From positions 39,092-103,091 of the forward strand of contig JAHIUS010000021.1 in the NCBI GenBank assembly GCA_018816885.1: a DNA stretch of 64,000 bases. The letters are read 5' to 3'. Positions 18,481 through 27,936 of this stretch are shown piece by piece. The position numbers and the translations under genes are program-made. The notes below the pieces were generated by a model. It saw only the letters and a program-made list of their open reading frames with translations, was not told where the DNA came from and ran no database searches. Each line of letters starts with the position of its first letter. The stretch's first letter is position 1. This stretch comes from Patescibacteria group bacterium. GTDB taxonomy: Bacteria; Patescibacteriota; Gracilibacteria; UBA1369; UBA12470.

Positions 18481-20817
18481 ATGGACGATAATAAAGATCC
18501 GCAAATCTATGTTAATAACTTGCCGGCAGACCAAGCACCGCTACCTCAGGAACCTACTCCACAGCCCGAGTCACAGCCGCAGCCGGTTGTGACTCCGCAG
18601 CCTGAGCCTACTCCGGTACAGCAACCACCAATGCCCGAGCCGGTCGTTCAACCGACACCGCCGCCAGCACCGATGCCAGAGCCGGCGCCTGTTCCAGTCG
18701 CTCAGCCAACACCGCAACCCGTGCAACCTACTCAGCCGCCAAAACCTCAATTAACAGAAGAGCAAAAGAAAGAGCTCAAAGCCAAAAAGAAAAAACTCAA
18801 AAAGAAAAAAGCGATAATGGCGGGAGGAATCACTGCAGGAATCGTATTTGTCGTCATGATTGTGATGATTTTTCTTCTTCTAACTCAAGGCGGAGGCAGC
18901 AACAACCCTCTGCTCCAGATGTTCGGGATTTCGGAGGAAAATTTCTTCCCATTCCTAATAGCCCTGACCAACATTATATTCGGACTTGCAATATTTATTG
19001 CATTTTTGGTAGGAGTTATTGGCCTTTTCAAAACCTCAATGTCCAAAAAAGAGGACAAAAGCGGCAAAAAGAAAGGAGTAGTGATGGCCGCACTCGGAGG
19101 AGGAATATTTTTGATCCTTGCATTCGCTTGGGGCTTTACCTATATGTATTTGAGCTCACAACAGGTAGAAACTCAAAATTCGCAAAACACAACTTTAATT
19201 CAAACAATACCCGAGGAAGTAACAGGATTAACAGCACCGGCGGTCATAGAGTTTGACGCTTCCGGCATACCTTTCAATCCATACAAACACAGAATTATAT
19301 CTTATCAATGGGACTTCGGTGACGGCGCAAGCGCAACAGGGGAGACAGTCAGTCACAAATACACGGAAAAAGGTCTTGATGGCGGACGCTACACAGTAAC
19401 CCTCGACATAACTTACGAAGATTTGAATACAGGCGAAGAAGACTCGGAAATCCTCACAATGGACGTTGTATTCAGCAACGAACAGGTTTCGGCAATATTT
19501 ACGGCAACTCCGGAAGCGGGAGCCCTTCCGTTAAAAGTTGAATTTGACGCTTCGGAAAGCCTGGATCCCGACGGCGAAATAGTCGCTTACGAGTGGGATC
19601 TTGACGGAGATGGCAAGTTCGATGACGCGGAAGGTGTCACAGCATCCTACACATACGAAAAAATCGGGACATACGAAGCCTCTCTAAGAGTCACGGACAA
19701 CAATGGCGAATACAGCATTTCCACAGTGGAAATAGGTGCAGGAACAGATGTACCGATCGCAGTAATAACAGAACCAGCAGACGAATATGTCGTAAACACT
19801 GAATATAGCTTTTCAGCATCACAGTCAGACTCTCCAAACGGAGACATCGCTTCTTACGAGTGGGACTTCGGAGACGAATCTTCAAAAGCCAAAACCAGAA
19901 CTGCAAAACATACTTACGACCAAATCGGAACCTACACAATCATCCTGGAAGTAACAGATGAAGAAGGGGAGAAAGGCGAAACGGAACTGGAAGTAACGGT
20001 AAGAACAGCCTCGGAGAAACCTCTTGCAGTAATAGAAACAACCCCGGACTTCGACGAAGATGAAGGCGGAGTAATAGGTAGCGTTCCTTTCGCGGTTGTA
20101 TTTGACGCAGGGTCAAGCCTGGACGCAGATGAAAACATCATCGAATACGGATGGGACTTCGACGGTGATGGCGTAGCGGACGATACCGGAGAAACAGCAG
20201 CCTACACTTATCAAGAAGAAGGTAAGTACAAAGCAATGCTTACAGTATTGGATGCAGACGGCAATAAAAGCACGGAAACGATAATGGTTATAGTGGAAGC
20301 ACAGGGTTTAACCGCCACACTATCAGCTTCACCGGTCGCGGGAGAAGTGCCTATGACGGTTGAATTTGACGCATCAGGTTCAAGTTATCCTGATGGAGAA
20401 ATCGTCGCTTACGAGTGGGATTTCGGTGATGGAGTAACAGATTATCTTGGAGGAGCTGAAATCGAGTACGAATACGATGATATCGGGACATTCACAGCAA
20501 CGGTAACAGTTGTAGCTTCAGACGGAGCGGAAGATTCATCATCTCTGAATATAACAGTTCGACCCGTTGAACTAACAGCTTGTTTCGAAGCAAATGTAGA
20601 GCAGGGGCCGGCACCTTTAATTGTCACTTTTAACCCGACTTGCAGCCGGGGATCCGCACAAAACTATTTTTGGGACTTCGGTGACGGCGCAAAAAGTTTT
20701 GATAGGAGGCCAACTCACACATTCGATGAGGCAGGAGAATATACGGTGCAATTAGAAGTAGAAGATGTGACCGGCGTGAGTGATTCATATGAAGGTGAAA
20801 TTACGGTTACCGAATAG
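18481..20817 (+). CDS. PKD-domain membrane protein with Pro/Gln-rich N-terminus, 3 TM helices and 6 PKD repeats
   Basis: PQPEP repeats, poly-Lys, six Y.WDF/LxDG-type units. Confidence 0.88.
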   Translation: MDDNKDPQIYVNNLPADQAPLPQEPTPQPESQPQPVVTPQPEPTPVQQPPMPEPVVQPTPPPAPMPEPAPVPVAQPTPQPVQPTQPPKPQLTEEQKKELKAKKKKLKKKKAIMAGGITAGIVFVVMIVMIFLLLTQGGGSNNPLLQMFGISEENFFPFLIALTNIIFGLAIFIAFLVGVIGLFKTSMSKKEDKSGKKKGVVMAALGGGIFLILAFAWGFTYMYLSSQQVETQNSQNTTLIQTIPEEVTGLTAPAVIEFDASGIPFNPYKHRIISYQWDFGDGASATGETVSHKYTEKGLDGGRYTVTLDITYEDLNTGEEDSEILTMDVVFSNEQVSAIFTATPEAGALPLKVEFDASESLDPDGEIVAYEWDLDGDGKFDDAEGVTASYTYEKIGTYEASLRVTDNNGEYSISTVEIGAGTDVPIAVITEPADEYVVNTEYSFSASQSDSPNGDIASYEWDFGDESSKAKTRTAKHTYDQIGTYTIILEVTDEEGEKGETELEVTVRTASEKPLAVIETTPDFDEDEGGVIGSVPFAVVFDAGSSLDADENIIEYGWDFDGDGVADDTGETAAYTYQEEGKYKAMLTVLDADGNKSTETIMVIVEAQGLTATLSASPVAGEVPMTVEFDASGSSYPDGEIVAYEWDFGDGVTDYLGGAEIEYEYDDIGTFTATVTVVASDGAEDSSSLNITVRPVELTACFEANVEQGPAPLIVTFNPTCSRGSAQNYFWDFGDGAKSFDRRPTHTFDEAGEYTVQLEVEDVTGVSDSYEGEITVTE

Positions 20818-20871
20818 CTGGAAGTGGCTTATTAAAGCCGAAAACGGCAGTTTTGTCAATAGCTAAAAATT

Positions 20872-20947
20872 AGTACCAAGTCTCAAGTACGAAGTACCCA
20901 GTGAGTGGAGTTTCCCCATGGCGGAGATAAACGCTTTCGCGAAACGG
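20872..20947 (+). repeat. Composite heptamer-array/TGGAG-hairpin element (hairpin interrupted by 18 nt)
   Basis: CAAGTAC-type units, then GTGGA GTTTC[18 nt]GCTTTCGCGAAAC GG. Confidence 0.75.
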
Positions 20948-21009
20948 ATTTTATATCCCTAAAAATCTCAGAGTGAGGCCGCAAGATCAGAACCTTCCAC
21001 TACAAAAAG

Positions 21010-21067
21010 CTGTTTTTGCGCAGCAAAAACTCCACTATTGAACATTGGTAATTGAAAATTAAACATT
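21010..21067 (-). repeat. Composite heptamer-array/TGGAG-hairpin element
   Basis: On -: AATGTTT AATTTTC AATTACC AATGTTC AATA GTGGA GTTTTTGC TGC GCAAAAAC AG. Confidence 0.75.
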
Positions 21068-22357
21068 CCCGAGCCCCCCCCCACTCTCATTCGCCTCCTT
21101 AACCATCTCCGCAACCTTCTTATATCCATGCTCAGGGATAAGTAGGGTAGCTTCAGCAAGACTGCCGTCATATAACTCGGCAATCCTTTCCTCATTGGCT
21201 CGAATCCCGGCAATACACTTTTCTCGCACCATCTCGAACCCGTTACCAAGAATCCGCACAGCCATAGTCAGATTAAACATAATCAAAGGAGCGTTCCAAT
21301 TAAGCTCGAACTCCCCGTTCTGAGCCGCGCAAGCAACAGTCTGATCAGCCCCGATAACCTGGGCGCAAATCATACTCATACATTCCGGGATCGACGGATT
21401 AATCTTACCCGGCATAATCGAAGAACCTGGTTGCGCATTAGGAAGAGTAATCTCCATTAGCCCTGCACGAGGTCCGCTGCTCATAAGTCGCAAATCGTCC
21501 ATAATTCTTCTCATTTCGATTGCCAAATTCCGCAAAGCACCGGATAGACGAGTGAAAGCCTGCATACTGTTATTGGTTGTTGTCAGATTCGGAGCCGCTT
21601 TCAGTTCGAGCCCTGTTAGATCGGAAAGCTCTTTCAAAACCTCTTCTTGAAAGTCCTCGTGAGCGTTTATGCCCGTTCCGACCGCCGTTGCTCCTATTCC
21701 GAGCTTTTTGAGCTCTGAGAAAGCCTGTTTGCATTCTTGGAGGCAGTTTTCGAGAGCCTGTCCGTAGGATGAAAACTCCTGCCCGAGCGTAATCGGTACC
21801 GCGTCTTGGAGGTGTGTTCTGCCAACCTTTTTTATGTGATTCCACTCTTTGGATTTTTTATTAAAAGCTTCCACCAAAGCTGCAAGTTCCTGCACAAAAA
21901 ACTTGTTCACAAACAGGAGTGCAAGACGAGTAGCGGTTGGAATAACATCATTAGAAGATTGCCCCTTATTGACATGGTCGTTCGGATGAATCGGATCATA
22001 AGTGCCTTTTTTAAATCCCAAGATCTCATTAGCCCTATTCGCAATAATCTCATTAGCATTCATATTGTAAGAAGTACCCGCACCTGCCTGGAAGACATCG
22101 AGAGAGAACTCATGATCGAACTTACCTTCAGAAAACTCCTCAGCAGCCTGAATAATAGCCTCCTTCTCGGGCAATCCCTCAAGACGAGCATTTGCTCGAG
22201 CAGCCGCAAGTTTAATGTATCCGAGCGCTTTGCGGAACTCTTCCGGAGCGGTCATCCCGCTAATCTGAAAATTTTGCGCTGCTCTGGCAGTAAAAGCTCC
22301 AAAGTAAGCATCTTTGGGAACCTCAACTTGACCGAGAGCATCTTCCTCAGTCCTCAT
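21059..22357 (-). CDS. Class II fumarase/aspartate ammonia-lyase family lyase
   Basis: GSSIMPGKINP signature, GRTHLQDA, QAGAGTSYNMN; AspA versus FumC not resolved. Confidence 0.92.
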   Translation of the reverse strand: MRTEEDALGQVEVPKDAYFGAFTARAAQNFQISGMTAPEEFRKALGYIKLAAARANARLEGLPEKEAIIQAAEEFSEGKFDHEFSLDVFQAGAGTSYNMNANEIIANRANEILGFKKGTYDPIHPNDHVNKGQSSNDVIPTATRLALLFVNKFFVQELAALVEAFNKKSKEWNHIKKVGRTHLQDAVPITLGQEFSSYGQALENCLQECKQAFSELKKLGIGATAVGTGINAHEDFQEEVLKELSDLTGLELKAAPNLTTTNNSMQAFTRLSGALRNLAIEMRRIMDDLRLMSSGPRAGLMEITLPNAQPGSSIMPGKINPSIPECMSMICAQVIGADQTVACAAQNGEFELNWNAPLIMFNLTMAVRILGNGFEMVREKCIAGIRANEERIAELYDGSLAEATLLIPEHGYKKVAEMVKEANESGGGLGNV

Positions 22358-22387
22358 GTATCGGAAAAATTAAAGACAAACGAGATT

Positions 22388-22996
22388 TTAACACTTAAAC
22401 CCGATACAAACAACATAAATTTCCTTACTTGTCGACCTCACCGCATCCGGCTTAAAAACATGCACCTCTCGGAAACAATCCCGAGCATTATTCGTAAATC
22501 TTTTCAGCTCATTACTGTTAAAAATCTTAAAAACCGCATTCCCATCATCCCTCAAACACTTTTTGGCAACCTGAAGAGCCCTGAGTTCCAGATCAACACT
22601 CTCTTCGTTATCCAAAAACTTAATCCCGGTAGTATTCGGCATCAGGTCGGAAGTCACAACATCGAACTTCCCCTTGGGTTTATAATCAAAGATATCCGCA
22701 ACAATCGTGGAGACCCCCTCTATGGGTTCAATTTCCTTCAAATCCATCCCGACAGCCTCAGCTCCAATCTCATTAAGAACTTGCAGAAAGCTTCCGGGAG
22801 CCGCCCCAAGATCCAGAACCTTATCCCCGCGCCTGACAATAGGGTATTTCCGCAAAATATCCTTCAGTTTATAGGCGCTTCTGGCCCTGTAGCCGTGAGC
22901 CTTTGCCTGCTTGAAGTAGGGGTCTTGAACCTTGTAATGTGCTTCCGTTTTTTTAGGATTGCTTCGTCTAGAGCGGCCTTTTTTTCGGGGTGCCAT
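22388..22996 (-). CDS. rlmE: 23S rRNA Um2552 methyltransferase
   Basis: GYRARSAYKL, DLGAAPG, SD..PNTTG, KP.A.R..S.EIY. Confidence 0.93.
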   Translation of the reverse strand: MAPRKKGRSRRSNPKKTEAHYKVQDPYFKQAKAHGYRARSAYKLKDILRKYPIVRRGDKVLDLGAAPGSFLQVLNEIGAEAVGMDLKEIEPIEGVSTIVADIFDYKPKGKFDVVTSDLMPNTTGIKFLDNEESVDLELRALQVAKKCLRDDGNAVFKIFNSNELKRFTNNARDCFREVHVFKPDAVRSTSKEIYVVCIGFKC

Positions 22997-23588
22997 TTTT
23001 GCGTGGATATTTAGATGATAAAGACTTTGTTTTCCTGAAAATCAATAAAACTCGCTCATAATGATGAATTTTTTCAAGCTCAAACCCCAAGATTTCAATC
23101 GCATTTTTGGCCTCCTCAAGCTCTTGTAAGTATTTTGACCCCTTATAAGCGATAAAAAGCCCTCCGGGCCGAATAAACCCCGCAGCAAGCTCAAGTAGAA
23201 CGGGTAGGGGAGCCAAAGCGCGCGCAGTCGCAGCGTCGAAAACCTCCCTCATCTCATGTCCGAGCTCTTCAGCCCTTCCGCAAACAACATCGACATTAGA
23301 TAGCTCAAGTTCTTTCGCCATAATATCAACAGAATCACACTTCTTTCGGACAGAATCGATCAATGTGAACTCAATATCGGGCTTCTCAATGGCCAAGATA
23401 AGTCCGGGCAAACCTCCTCCCGTCCCCAAATCCACAACCTTCCGAGAGTCCTCGAGGAACTGTCCCGCCTCCCAAGAGTCCATGACATGCCTCTTTATAA
23501 ACTCCTCACGATCGCCGAACTTGCACAGATTTAATTTGCGATTTTCCGCTTCAAACAGATTTACGAATTGTTCAATTTTTTTGTTCAC
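22968..23588 (-). CDS. rsmG: 16S rRNA m7G527 methyltransferase
   Basis: RHVMDS, DLGTGGGLPG, GRAE, ARALA, YPRKNGTPKKRPL. Confidence 0.95.
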   Translation of the reverse strand: MNKKIEQFVNLFEAENRKLNLCKFGDREEFIKRHVMDSWEAGQFLEDSRKVVDLGTGGGLPGLILAIEKPDIEFTLIDSVRKKCDSVDIMAKELELSNVDVVCGRAEELGHEMREVFDAATARALAPLPVLLELAAGFIRPGGLFIAYKGSKYLQELEEAKNAIEILGFELEKIHHYERVLLIFRKTKSLSSKYPRKNGTPKKRPL

Positions 23589-23617
23589 AAGTATATGTTA
23601 CGCAGAGATCTTAACAT

Positions 23618-23647
23618 AAAAAAAGCCCTCCAAAAAGGAAGGCTTTT
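23618..23647 (-). terminator. Putative intrinsic terminator
   Basis: AAAAGCCCTCC-AAAAA-GGAAGGCTTTT stem with A/T runs, downstream of the lipoprotein gene. Confidence 0.6.
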
Positions 23648-23663
23648 AAAAGATTGCTTGAAA

Positions 23664-24164
23664 TTATTCCTCTAGAGCTTCTTCGGCCTCCTCTTCAACT
23701 TCCTCGTCGTCGCACTCTTCTTCGTCATCACCGTCACAAACAGCATCTTCTACAATAACAACATCTTCTTCAACAACGACAACAGCTGCGCCGATATTAA
23801 CTCGGACAACAGCCTCAGTCTCTTCAACGGTAGTCTCATCGTAAGCCATAACGTAGATGTCGCATAAGCTTCCGGCAAACTTATTTAATTTATCGGTAGT
23901 AAGATTGAAGCTTGTTGCAGGCACAGCCTCAGTAGGCTTAGCGTAAGCGCTCATTAGAGCGGGACCTTGAGTGTCAAGAGTCTCCTCATCCGCGCAAACA
24001 ACCCTGGAAAGGTAAGCGTTTGTTTCGAATGTTGTCGTGAAATCGATAGTATCCACCCCCGGCTCAATGTAAGAATAAGCTGGAGTTGTGAAAGTTACCG
24101 CTTGCTGAGATAGGAAACATCCGGATAAAAACAGTACTGCTAGAAGGATTGTTGCTTTTTTCAT
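23664..24164 (-). CDS. Hypothetical lipoprotein with acidic tail
   Basis: MKK signal, lipobox LSGC, poly-Glu/Asp C-terminus. Confidence 0.75.
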   Translation of the reverse strand: MKKATILLAVLFLSGCFLSQQAVTFTTPAYSYIEPGVDTIDFTTTFETNAYLSRVVCADEETLDTQGPALMSAYAKPTEAVPATSFNLTTDKLNKFAGSLCDIYVMAYDETTVEETEAVVRVNIGAAVVVVEEDVVIVEDAVCDGDDEEECDDEEVEEEAEEALEE

Positions 24165-24215
24165 TGTGTTTTTTGTTAAAAGATAAAAGCAGATGAACTT
24201 ATAGCATAAATAACC

Positions 24216-25976
24216 TTATTCTTCAAATAAATTCCGGCGTGAAAAATTCAGAGTTGAGGGAGTATGCTTCGGAATATAAGAAAAATCAAGATTGTTAGCC
24301 TTGTTTTCATCAGGGTACAACTCGCCAAATATCTCCTCATAGATTTCCGGTCCAAGCAGTTGCAGTCCTCTCTGAAAATAAGTAACACTTGTCTTATAAA
24401 CATCGTCATAAGCCTTTTGATCACTGTAATCCAACCCGTCAAATAACTGATGAGAACCAAGATAAAGAATTAACCTCCCGAAAACAGCATTCACTTCACC
24501 ATCGGAATCCAAATATTCGTACTGAGGATCAACATAATTATGAAGATATCTATAAGCTGACACAAAATCTCCTTTATTCAAATAATAAAAAGCCGAAATA
24601 TAAAGACGTGAAAGCAATCGATTTATTTCTGCACCTGTTAATATCTTTTTCCGCATAGAGCCGTCTATGAATTTCCCAAGGAGCTCAACATCTTGAGGAG
24701 TCAATTTTCCAAGAACTTCATCAAGATCGGGGCTTTCAGAAATAGGAGTTGCCATGCTCTCCATAATGCTAAGAACAGAGGAATTAATATTCATCACAAG
24801 CAAAAGAAAAGAGTAATCTGAAGAACTTTGTTTATTACCAATATTTTCCAGTAAAAACTTAAGCTCATCAGGGAACTGATCGGGATAATTCTCCATAATC
24901 AGTTCAGCCAAATTATCAGCAACCAACAGGTTAAACGTATCACCATTCTGTACGAATTCGTACATGTAATCTTCAATCAACTTTTTTAGGGCGGAGAACT
25001 CATGATCAGCAACATGAGCAGCAAAAAGTGCTGCCTGCATCTCGGAAGAAAGGCCGGGTTCATCAGGGTCGTCAATAGGAGGGATGCCAGGATTGACCCC
25101 AGCCTTTTGGAGTTGAATAGCCCTAAGTCCGGACCCAGGATGCATATTCCCAATTTCGGGGACATGCCCATAATTTTTAATCAAAAAATCTGCCACATTA
25201 AGCGTATTTAAAATCTTTCCAATTTCCGTTTTAATCTCCTCGGTTTGCGGTTGTCGTTCAAGAAAAGTCAGAGCTGTTTCATAAGCCGTTTTCTCATCAA
25301 TCAAAAGAGGAAGGTCTAAATCTTGATTGAAGCCATGCTGCGCTTCATGCGCAACTATAGATCGAAAAACATCAGCATTTTCTCCGGAAACTTCCGTCAC
25401 ACTGGAATCAAAGGCAACAGCTCCTTCTCCGAGATAGGAAGCGATTCGACCTCTGTCAGCAAGGCTATTTACACCGGTTAGGTTTTCCCCGAAAGCAAGG
25501 CATTTCACATGCTCCTTAATAAATTTAACCTCTTCACTCGTAAAATTCTTCCAAAACTCCTGCGGTAGCTCTTTTACCCCAAAAACAATTATATTTTCCC
25601 CAACATCATCAATCTGCTCCTGTAAATCTTCCAAAGAAATAGGAGGGGGACTGTGTTCGAAAAACTTCTGAGTGGTATAAGCGGTCAGTACACTCTCTCG
25701 AATCTCATCAGGAGAATCGGTTCGGATAGCGGGATTCCAGAATAAAGTGTCGCGCTCTTGATCGGATGAGCCGAGAACATGCAGAATTCTTGAGCCGTCA
25801 ACCTTAATCTCTTCTCGTTTTTTGAAACCCTGAATGGCTCCGAAAGTTGCAGCTGCAACAGCAAGAGTGATAACTGCTTTCCCAATAAAAGCATTTCGGC
25901 GAGCTCGTTTCTTCTCAACCCACGATGCAACGAAATACTCGTCTTGACTGTCGAATTGTCTGGTTTTTAAAGCCAT
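24216..25976 (-). CDS. Hypothetical protein with HExxH motif and twin-arginine-like N-terminus
   Basis: 586-aa ORF; ARRNAFI plus hydrophobic stretch; AHEAQHG...DEK.AY. Confidence 0.7.
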   Translation of the reverse strand: MALKTRQFDSQDEYFVASWVEKKRARRNAFIGKAVITLAVAAATFGAIQGFKKREEIKVDGSRILHVLGSSDQERDTLFWNPAIRTDSPDEIRESVLTAYTTQKFFEHSPPPISLEDLQEQIDDVGENIIVFGVKELPQEFWKNFTSEEVKFIKEHVKCLAFGENLTGVNSLADRGRIASYLGEGAVAFDSSVTEVSGENADVFRSIVAHEAQHGFNQDLDLPLLIDEKTAYETALTFLERQPQTEEIKTEIGKILNTLNVADFLIKNYGHVPEIGNMHPGSGLRAIQLQKAGVNPGIPPIDDPDEPGLSSEMQAALFAAHVADHEFSALKKLIEDYMYEFVQNGDTFNLLVADNLAELIMENYPDQFPDELKFLLENIGNKQSSSDYSFLLLVMNINSSVLSIMESMATPISESPDLDEVLGKLTPQDVELLGKFIDGSMRKKILTGAEINRLLSRLYISAFYYLNKGDFVSAYRYLHNYVDPQYEYLDSDGEVNAVFGRLILYLGSHQLFDGLDYSDQKAYDDVYKTSVTYFQRGLQLLGPEIYEEIFGELYPDENKANNLDFSYIPKHTPSTLNFSRRNLFEE

Positions 25977-26015
25977 AGAGGCGTATCATGCCAGAAAACC
26001 CGAAAAAGTCAACCT

Positions 26016-27884
26016 CTATTCTTCGTCCTCCTCGGGAACCAGCTCTAATCTGTACTCACCGGCACGACTCTCCTCACGAGGCTCAAAAGGAGGAATATCA
26101 CGTGTTGGACGCTTTGTTTCAGAGTAAGGCGGTGCAAACATCAATTCAGGAGCAAGGTTGTATCTTGGGTCAGGTTTAAGCTCTATTACCGGAGGTTCCT
26201 CTAGCAATCGTTCAAGATCAAAATATCGAAGCCCAACAGCCACTCCGGACGCAATAGGCAATAGAGCTTTACGAAGGTCGATCTGCGCCCAGTGGTTCAA
26301 GATTTCCTGAGCAGTCAATTGACGACCGTCCTCACCCGGTTTGTTACTGTAAGCATAGCGAGCATATTCCATATTCAAGTGAGCAGGATGATCCAATACA
26401 TCTCTCATATCTCCTCCACTTTCAAGCAAAAAATACCCATGCTCACTCATCGCAGCATCCAATTTAGCAAGCTCTTGGTGATATGCAAGTCTGCCTTTTG
26501 GCATCGGAGCGATAGAAAGATTTCTTCCATAAGATCGTTCTGTAACTATGACACTTGGGATTTCCCAACTTTTCCTAAAAGTATCAAACCCTTGAAGAAG
26601 CTTGAGCTGCTCCGGACTCATCTCCTCAAACTGAGTTTCCCAATCAACAGAAAGAGGCTCTCTGTCGTTTTCCAGCCAGGCAAGTACCACCATTTGAGCA
26701 ATAGGATGAAGCTTTTCAAGCTGACTCACATCCTCAAAAGGCTCTTCTCCAAGTTCTTTAGCCAATTCAACCTCAATATGGTGTGGCAAAATATGTCCTA
26801 ATTGATTGTTGTACCATCTGTGAAAAGGTCCCAACTTAACCTTTATTCGTCCGAATTCATTATCTTCATAATTGTTAGGGCCAAAAAATTGATAGACAAA
26901 CCCTTGAATATTTGATTCCTGTCCGTGAAAAGCAGGAATGTCACGATAGCCGTTTCTCATCATTCGCGGCTGATCATGGACATTCTTGTCATATAGCTCC
27001 ACTTTGCGCTGCAATCTTTGTTCAATCTCTTGAAGAACAAGTACATTAAAAAGAGTATCGTAAGGATTTTTTTGACCTATGCCCATCTGAGCATCAGGGT
27101 TTTGATAATAAGTTTCATCAGCAGTTATGCCGCCGGTTTCATGCCCAAAAATAAAAGGAGTTGGCCCCTCGCGAGAAGCGGTTCCTTCCTGATCAAGATC
27201 ATCATTGATATCATGAGCTGTCGGTTCAAATTGTCGACTTTGAGTGGCACGAAGTTCGGTATCAATAAGCGCAGTAATATATAGCCAATCCCGCATCAAT
27301 CCTTGGTTCTTTTCATATCGGATTTGCCTCCAAAGCTCGTCTTCAAGATGCTGAAGTTTCTCTACTTTTCGATCTGTATCTTGAATTTCGAGGATTTTCT
27401 CCAGTTTTGCCTGAAGTGTCTGTGTCGCTTCTCCCAAAAATGGATTCTGTGCATCCTGAAGCACTCGATTCATAACTTTCACAAGAGCTTGATTTTTTAC
27501 CGCAATAGCTTCAAGTTTTTTATTATATTCTAATTCGAAATCTTCCAAAGAAGCCCCAAAAACCATAGGGTTCTCTTCCAAAATAAATGTTTCAATCTCT
27601 TTTTCCCACGCCTCTAAATAATCGTGCTCATAAACACCTTCTACCCATTCACGCAGATAAGTTTGCATGAGACCCCTCGATTCTGTTCGCTTAGTTTCAA
27701 TGTAATTGATCCAATATTCCGAAATAGCTTCAGTTCGCTGGCGAATTTCCTCCTGAAGATTGTCGGTACGATCGCCAACATCTTGGTAATCGGCCTCCTG
27801 AGCGTAAGCGACTCCGGCAACAGCTGCAGCTAGAGCACCAATCAGGCTAAAAGCATCGCGTCGTGAAGGATTTTCTAAATCCAT
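26016..27884 (-). CDS. Hypothetical protein with twin-arginine-like signal peptide
   Basis: 622-aa ORF; SRRDAFSL-hydrophobic-AYA|QE. Confidence 0.7.
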   Translation of the reverse strand: MDLENPSRRDAFSLIGALAAAVAGVAYAQEADYQDVGDRTDNLQEEIRQRTEAISEYWINYIETKRTESRGLMQTYLREWVEGVYEHDYLEAWEKEIETFILEENPMVFGASLEDFELEYNKKLEAIAVKNQALVKVMNRVLQDAQNPFLGEATQTLQAKLEKILEIQDTDRKVEKLQHLEDELWRQIRYEKNQGLMRDWLYITALIDTELRATQSRQFEPTAHDINDDLDQEGTASREGPTPFIFGHETGGITADETYYQNPDAQMGIGQKNPYDTLFNVLVLQEIEQRLQRKVELYDKNVHDQPRMMRNGYRDIPAFHGQESNIQGFVYQFFGPNNYEDNEFGRIKVKLGPFHRWYNNQLGHILPHHIEVELAKELGEEPFEDVSQLEKLHPIAQMVVLAWLENDREPLSVDWETQFEEMSPEQLKLLQGFDTFRKSWEIPSVIVTERSYGRNLSIAPMPKGRLAYHQELAKLDAAMSEHGYFLLESGGDMRDVLDHPAHLNMEYARYAYSNKPGEDGRQLTAQEILNHWAQIDLRKALLPIASGVAVGLRYFDLERLLEEPPVIELKPDPRYNLAPELMFAPPYSETKRPTRDIPPFEPREESRAGEYRLELVPEEDEE

Positions 27885-27936
27885 AATTTTTTTATTAAAA
27901 TCGAGGATCGAATAGTACCATCAAAGCTTGCTCTGG

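Noticed and set aside
18520-18745. Pro/Gln-coding repeats as a DNA repeat element
   Set aside because: Explained by low-complexity protein sequence with varied codons.
21806-23014. 402-aa + strand ORF (also 4004-4885, 37635-38510, 59845-60540 and similar)
   Set aside because: Antisense shadows of well-supported genes, with no motifs of their own.
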